DNA of 64,000 nucleotides from a virus (Duplodnaviria; Heunggongvirae; Uroviricota; Caudoviricetes): IMG/VR virus record IMGVR_UViG_3300037067_007156, positions 575,980 to 639,979 of that record; one strand, 5' to 3'. Shown piece by piece: positions 60,239 to 64,000 of this stretch (position 1 is its first letter; each line of letters starts with the position of its first letter). The notes under the pieces were generated by a model. It saw only the letters and a program-made list of their open reading frames with translations, ran no database searches and was not told where the DNA came from. The position numbers and the translations under genes were made by a program.

Positions 60239-61378
60239 ATGTCTAAAAAATCAACACAAATAGAAACAGAAGAACTTGTTTTAAAAAAATGTAAAGAAAA
60301 AAATTATACTTTAATTAATTCATTTATTTATATAGATGCAAATACAACTTTGTTAGAGTTATTATGCAATATTGATGGTTATAAATGGAAAACCACATAT
60401 AATCAATTTATAAATCAAAATAAAGGATGTAAAAAATGTGGTGGGTCGTTAAAAAAGACTCAAAGTGAAGCAGAAGAACTTGTTTTAAACAAATGTAAAG
60501 AAAAAAATTACACTTTAATTGAACCATTTATTTATATTGATAATAAAAAAACAAAATTACACTTAAAATGTAATATAGATAATCACGAATGGAATGTAAC
60601 ATTCAACAATTTCATAAATAAAAATCGTAATTGTTCTAAATGTACAAAAAAATATAAACCAACACATAAAGAAGCAGAAGAACTTGTTTTAAAAAAATGT
60701 AAAGAAAAAAATTATACTTTAATTGAGCCTTTTATTTATAATGGTGCAAAAACAGTGTTAAATTTTAAATGTAACATTGATAATTATGAGTGGTGTACAT
60801 CTTATAATAATTTTATTAATAATGACAGAGGCTGTAAAAAATGTTCTGGTAGATTAAAAAAGACTCAAATTGAAGCAGAAGAACTTGTTTCAAATAAATG
60901 CAAAGAGAAAAATTATACTTTAATTGAACCATTTATTTATATTAATAATACAACAAAACTACACTTAAAATGCAATATAGATAACCACGAATGGTTTCCA
61001 GAATATAACGGTTTTATAAACTGTAATAAAGGTTGTCCTATATGTAATGATTCACATGGTGAATCTACAATAAATAGAATATTAACAGAAAAAAATATTA
61101 TTTTTAAAAGAGAATACAAATTTGAAAACTGTAAATATAAGAAATTGTTACAATTTGATTTCTATTTACCAGAATATAATATATGTATTGAATTTGATGG
61201 TATTCAACATTTTGAAAAAATAGAAAAGTGGGGCGGTGAAAAAACCTTAAAAGAAACACAAATAAGAGATAATATAAAAAACATTTTCTGTTTAGAAAAC
61301 AATATTAAATTAATAAGAATAAAATATGATGAAAATGTATTAGAACGATTAGAATCCTTATTTATTCAACAATCTTAA
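60239..61378 (+). CDS. Putative endonuclease with four Zn-binding repeats and DUF559/Vsr-like C-terminus
   Basis: EAEELV.KCKEKNYTLI.PFIY..C..D.H.W..GC..C four times; FDFYLP..IEFDGIQHF. Confidence 0.7.
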   Translation: MSKKSTQIETEELVLKKCKEKNYTLINSFIYIDANTTLLELLCNIDGYKWKTTYNQFINQNKGCKKCGGSLKKTQSEAEELVLNKCKEKNYTLIEPFIYIDNKKTKLHLKCNIDNHEWNVTFNNFINKNRNCSKCTKKYKPTHKEAEELVLKKCKEKNYTLIEPFIYNGAKTVLNFKCNIDNYEWCTSYNNFINNDRGCKKCSGRLKKTQIEAEELVSNKCKEKNYTLIEPFIYINNTTKLHLKCNIDNHEWFPEYNGFINCNKGCPICNDSHGESTINRILTEKNIIFKREYKFENCKYKKLLQFDFYLPEYNICIEFDGIQHFEKIEKWGGEKTLKETQIRDNIKNIFCLENNIKLIRIKYDENVLERLESLFIQQS

Positions 61379-62897
61379 TCAAACTATCTTCACTATTACC
61401 GTGAGGTTCAAAACCATATTTTTTTATGAAGTTGTAAAATCTTTTTTCTAATATAGACTCAACAAAAATATTTTTATTTTTATATTTGTCTAATATTGTT
61501 TCAAAAAGTTCAGTGAACAATCCCTTACCAGTATCACCAATTTCAATTGAAGCTAAATCTAAACAATCATACATTTGTTTATTTTGATATCTTTTAGATT
61601 TACGAACATATATTTTAACATCATCAGTTACAATCCATTTACGATTTTCTTTAGATTTAAGAAATAAATCTAACATGGTCATAAATTCATTTATTTCATC
61701 TGTATATTTCACACTTTCATTAATCCCTTTATAATAATCATTAAACGCTTTTTTAACTGTGTATTCACTTGGGTCTTTAACTCTTTCACCATTTGGTAAA
61801 TTAGCAAATAAAAAATTGGTTGGGTATGTATAGAAAGTTGTTCCCCGATTACTCACTTTATAAACAATTTGGTTTCTTATTGCAAAATTTCCACCACCTT
61901 CTATTTTAAAATAAATATCATTATTTTTATGTGTTTTCCCTTGCACATTTGTTGTGAAATCCTTACCTAATTCTTGCATAAAGCCACCTAATTTATCATA
62001 CATTTTAAATTGAAATTTGGAAATAATTCTAATACTATCATCATAAGCTTGTTTTAATATCTTTTCTTCATAATCACTCACAAGTATATATTCTGGTAAT
62101 TTGGGTTTATCTAATATAAAATATAATACGCTTAAAAGTTCTCTTACATACCTATAATCATCTTTATGTACTAAAGTTTTTTCAAAACGTCCGTTTAAAA
62201 AATATTTTTGAAGATTTTCAACACTTCTTAAATAATATGCGTTCTGTTGTTCTTCTATAACAATTCTGAAGTTTTCTGCTATTTCATCAATAGCATTTTT
62301 TATTTTGGGGTCAACTTTACCTTTAATTTCCTGTAATTTTTTAGTTTCTCTTTGTTCTTTTGTTGGGTTTAATATAATACTAATTTCTTCTATTTTATCA
62401 TATAAAGATGACCATTTATCAAGATTAGGATAATACTTTTCTATGAAATTAATTTCTTCAACTGACATTTGGTTTTTAATATCATTAATTTTATTAATAC
62501 CACGTTTACTATCAATTAAACCATATGTGTGAAGATTTGCTATAACTTTAAGAACAACTTCACCCGGTGTACTATATGCAGCTTTATATAAAGAATATCC
62601 TTTAGATTTTGCAATTTCCTCTAATATTTCACTTTTTTCTTCTGTTGTACCAATAAGAGAATAATATGTACTCATTATTTTATCAAAATCGTTCTTTATT
62701 TTAGTTAATTCTTTTTTGTCAATAATTTGATTATCTTCTGAAAATGAATATATCTTATCCAAATAACCTTCCAGTTTTTCTTTAGTGTTTTTGGTTCTAA
62801 TAATAGATTTATCGGATAATACATTATTTATCCAATTTTTATTATTACCAATGGATTCGAATAATCTATTATTAACAAAAGATTTATAATTAAGCAT
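61362..62897 (-). CDS. Hypothetical multidomain protein with GNAT-like C-terminus
   Basis: N-terminal YKSFVN..FES; C-terminal GKGLFT..FVES..F..KYGF. Confidence 0.55.
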   Translation of the reverse strand: MLNYKSFVNNRLFESIGNNKNWINNVLSDKSIIRTKNTKEKLEGYLDKIYSFSEDNQIIDKKELTKIKNDFDKIMSTYYSLIGTTEEKSEILEEIAKSKGYSLYKAAYSTPGEVVLKVIANLHTYGLIDSKRGINKINDIKNQMSVEEINFIEKYYPNLDKWSSLYDKIEEISIILNPTKEQRETKKLQEIKGKVDPKIKNAIDEIAENFRIVIEEQQNAYYLRSVENLQKYFLNGRFEKTLVHKDDYRYVRELLSVLYFILDKPKLPEYILVSDYEEKILKQAYDDSIRIISKFQFKMYDKLGGFMQELGKDFTTNVQGKTHKNNDIYFKIEGGGNFAIRNQIVYKVSNRGTTFYTYPTNFLFANLPNGERVKDPSEYTVKKAFNDYYKGINESVKYTDEINEFMTMLDLFLKSKENRKWIVTDDVKIYVRKSKRYQNKQMYDCLDLASIEIGDTGKGLFTELFETILDKYKNKNIFVESILEKRFYNFIKKYGFEPHGNSEDSLIKIVE

Positions 62898-63752
62898 TTA
62901 GTCTTTTTTTGTTTTATAAGCTTTGGCTACCTTAGAAATTGGTACTTTAACAATTATATTACCATCCTCGTTTTTGGTTTCAATATAAACATCTGCACCT
63001 TCTATTTTCCATATTTTACCATGAATATCACCAACGGTGATATCTTTACCCATGCGTAAAATATCAAAAGAATAATTAGCTGCTGTATCAGTAGATTCTT
63101 TCAAATAGGATGTATCTACAAATTCAGAGCCGTCTAACATTTCATTATTATCTTTAGCATATAACTCAGCATGATAAAATATAGTTGAGATTGCGTTTTC
63201 GTCACCGACTACTTCTTCAAAATTTGAATATTCTGGCTTTTGATGGTTTGCTTCACACCATAAAGAATATTTTTCTAACCATTGTTTCAGATAAAATTGA
63301 GGTATCTGGTCTATTCCATAAGGAAAATCGTAATTTGCATCTTCATCTAAAGATTCTATTTTAGATTTACGACAATATTTTGTAATTTCTTTTTTAATAT
63401 CAGCTTTAAATACATCAGCCATTTTTTGATTATCAATTATCTGATGTGCCTCTGTTTCTGATAACTGACCATTGTCAATCATTTTTATAATTGTTGAATA
63501 TAAATCATGAGATTCGAATGTTCTAACGTGTTTCATTTCTTTTGAATTTAATTTTGTATTATTCCCGATAGAATAATCATCTTCATAGGTATCAACTTTA
63601 ACATTTTTGTCAAAAGGATTTCTGTTGTATACCATATTTGGAAATTTATTTTCATCTTTGCTTATTTTATCACCGATGTCACCACCTTGACGTTTAATTT
63701 CTTTTCTGAAATTTCTGAATTGTTTAAGGGTAGATTTTCTTAGTAGTGACAT
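62898..63752 (-). CDS. Hypothetical, possible internal head protein
   Basis: 284-aa ORF with internal MKHVRTFES motif. Confidence 0.55.
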   Translation of the reverse strand: MSLLRKSTLKQFRNFRKEIKRQGGDIGDKISKDENKFPNMVYNRNPFDKNVKVDTYEDDYSIGNNTKLNSKEMKHVRTFESHDLYSTIIKMIDNGQLSETEAHQIIDNQKMADVFKADIKKEITKYCRKSKIESLDEDANYDFPYGIDQIPQFYLKQWLEKYSLWCEANHQKPEYSNFEEVVGDENAISTIFYHAELYAKDNNEMLDGSEFVDTSYLKESTDTAANYSFDILRMGKDITVGDIHGKIWKIEGADVYIETKNEDGNIIVKVPISKVAKAYKTKKD

Positions 63753-64000
63753 ATTTTTATTTTTATTTTACAGTATATATAAATATTCAAATAATAAATT
63801 AAAATAAAAAATTATTCATTTTTTCGAATATTGATATATTTATTTATAATTTCAACCATATTTTTTTTAATAATAGATTTTCTTAGTAGTGACATATTTT
63901 TATTTTTATTTTACAGTATATATAAATATTCAAATAATAAATTAAAATAAAAAATTATTCATTTTTTCGAATATTGATATATTTATTTATAATTTCAACC
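63731..64000. repeat. Exact 127-nt direct repeat (63731-63857, 63874-64000)
   Basis: Both copies run tagattttcttagtagtgacat...aatttcaacc. Confidence 0.9.

Noticed and set aside
1-64000. Stop-codon reassignment as in some Bacteroidota megaphages
   Set aside because: Core genes are full length in the standard code, and TAG and TGA both end genes sensibly (e.g. 50959, 43793)
1-64000. tRNA, rRNA, cas1/cas2/cas13 or reverse transcriptase genes
   Set aside because: No cloverleaf or rRNA-like segments, no large HEPN effector and no RT motif recognised by eye

Overview
AT-rich 64-kb segment of a large T4-like (myovirus) jumbo phage genome, standard genetic code. The host is most likely Bacteroidota (TAnnTTTG promoter elements, A-rich starts without Shine-Dalgarno, SiaB-like kinase, Cas13b-like repeats). 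It holds core virion genes (tail sheath, gp15-like, gp4/gp2-like, portal, protease-scaffold fusion, major capsid), a gp55-like sigma, an ECF sigma fusion, the N-terminal half of a split family B DNA polymerase, a small PolA-like protein, about 12 free-standing homing-type endonucleases, an IS607 element and host-modulating genes (ClpS, Hsp20, response regulator, M23 peptidase, ADP-ribosyltransferase). Two features stand out. (1) Two cas-less mini CRISPR arrays (36-nt type VI-B-like repeat, 29-30-nt spacers), each growing out of the 3' end of a paralogous small gene whose frame runs into the array. (2) A cluster of mini-genes (56.4-57.8 kb, plus one at 45.3 kb) encoding isolated fragments of essential phage proteins (capsid, scaffold, DNA polymerase motif B, portal clip), most fused to a C-terminal R-x-x-K-[LI]-x-x-[IL] tag shared by about 20 unrelated proteins. 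Several homopolymer frameshifts suggest indel errors in the assembly. All family assignments come from motif recognition by eye; no searches were run.
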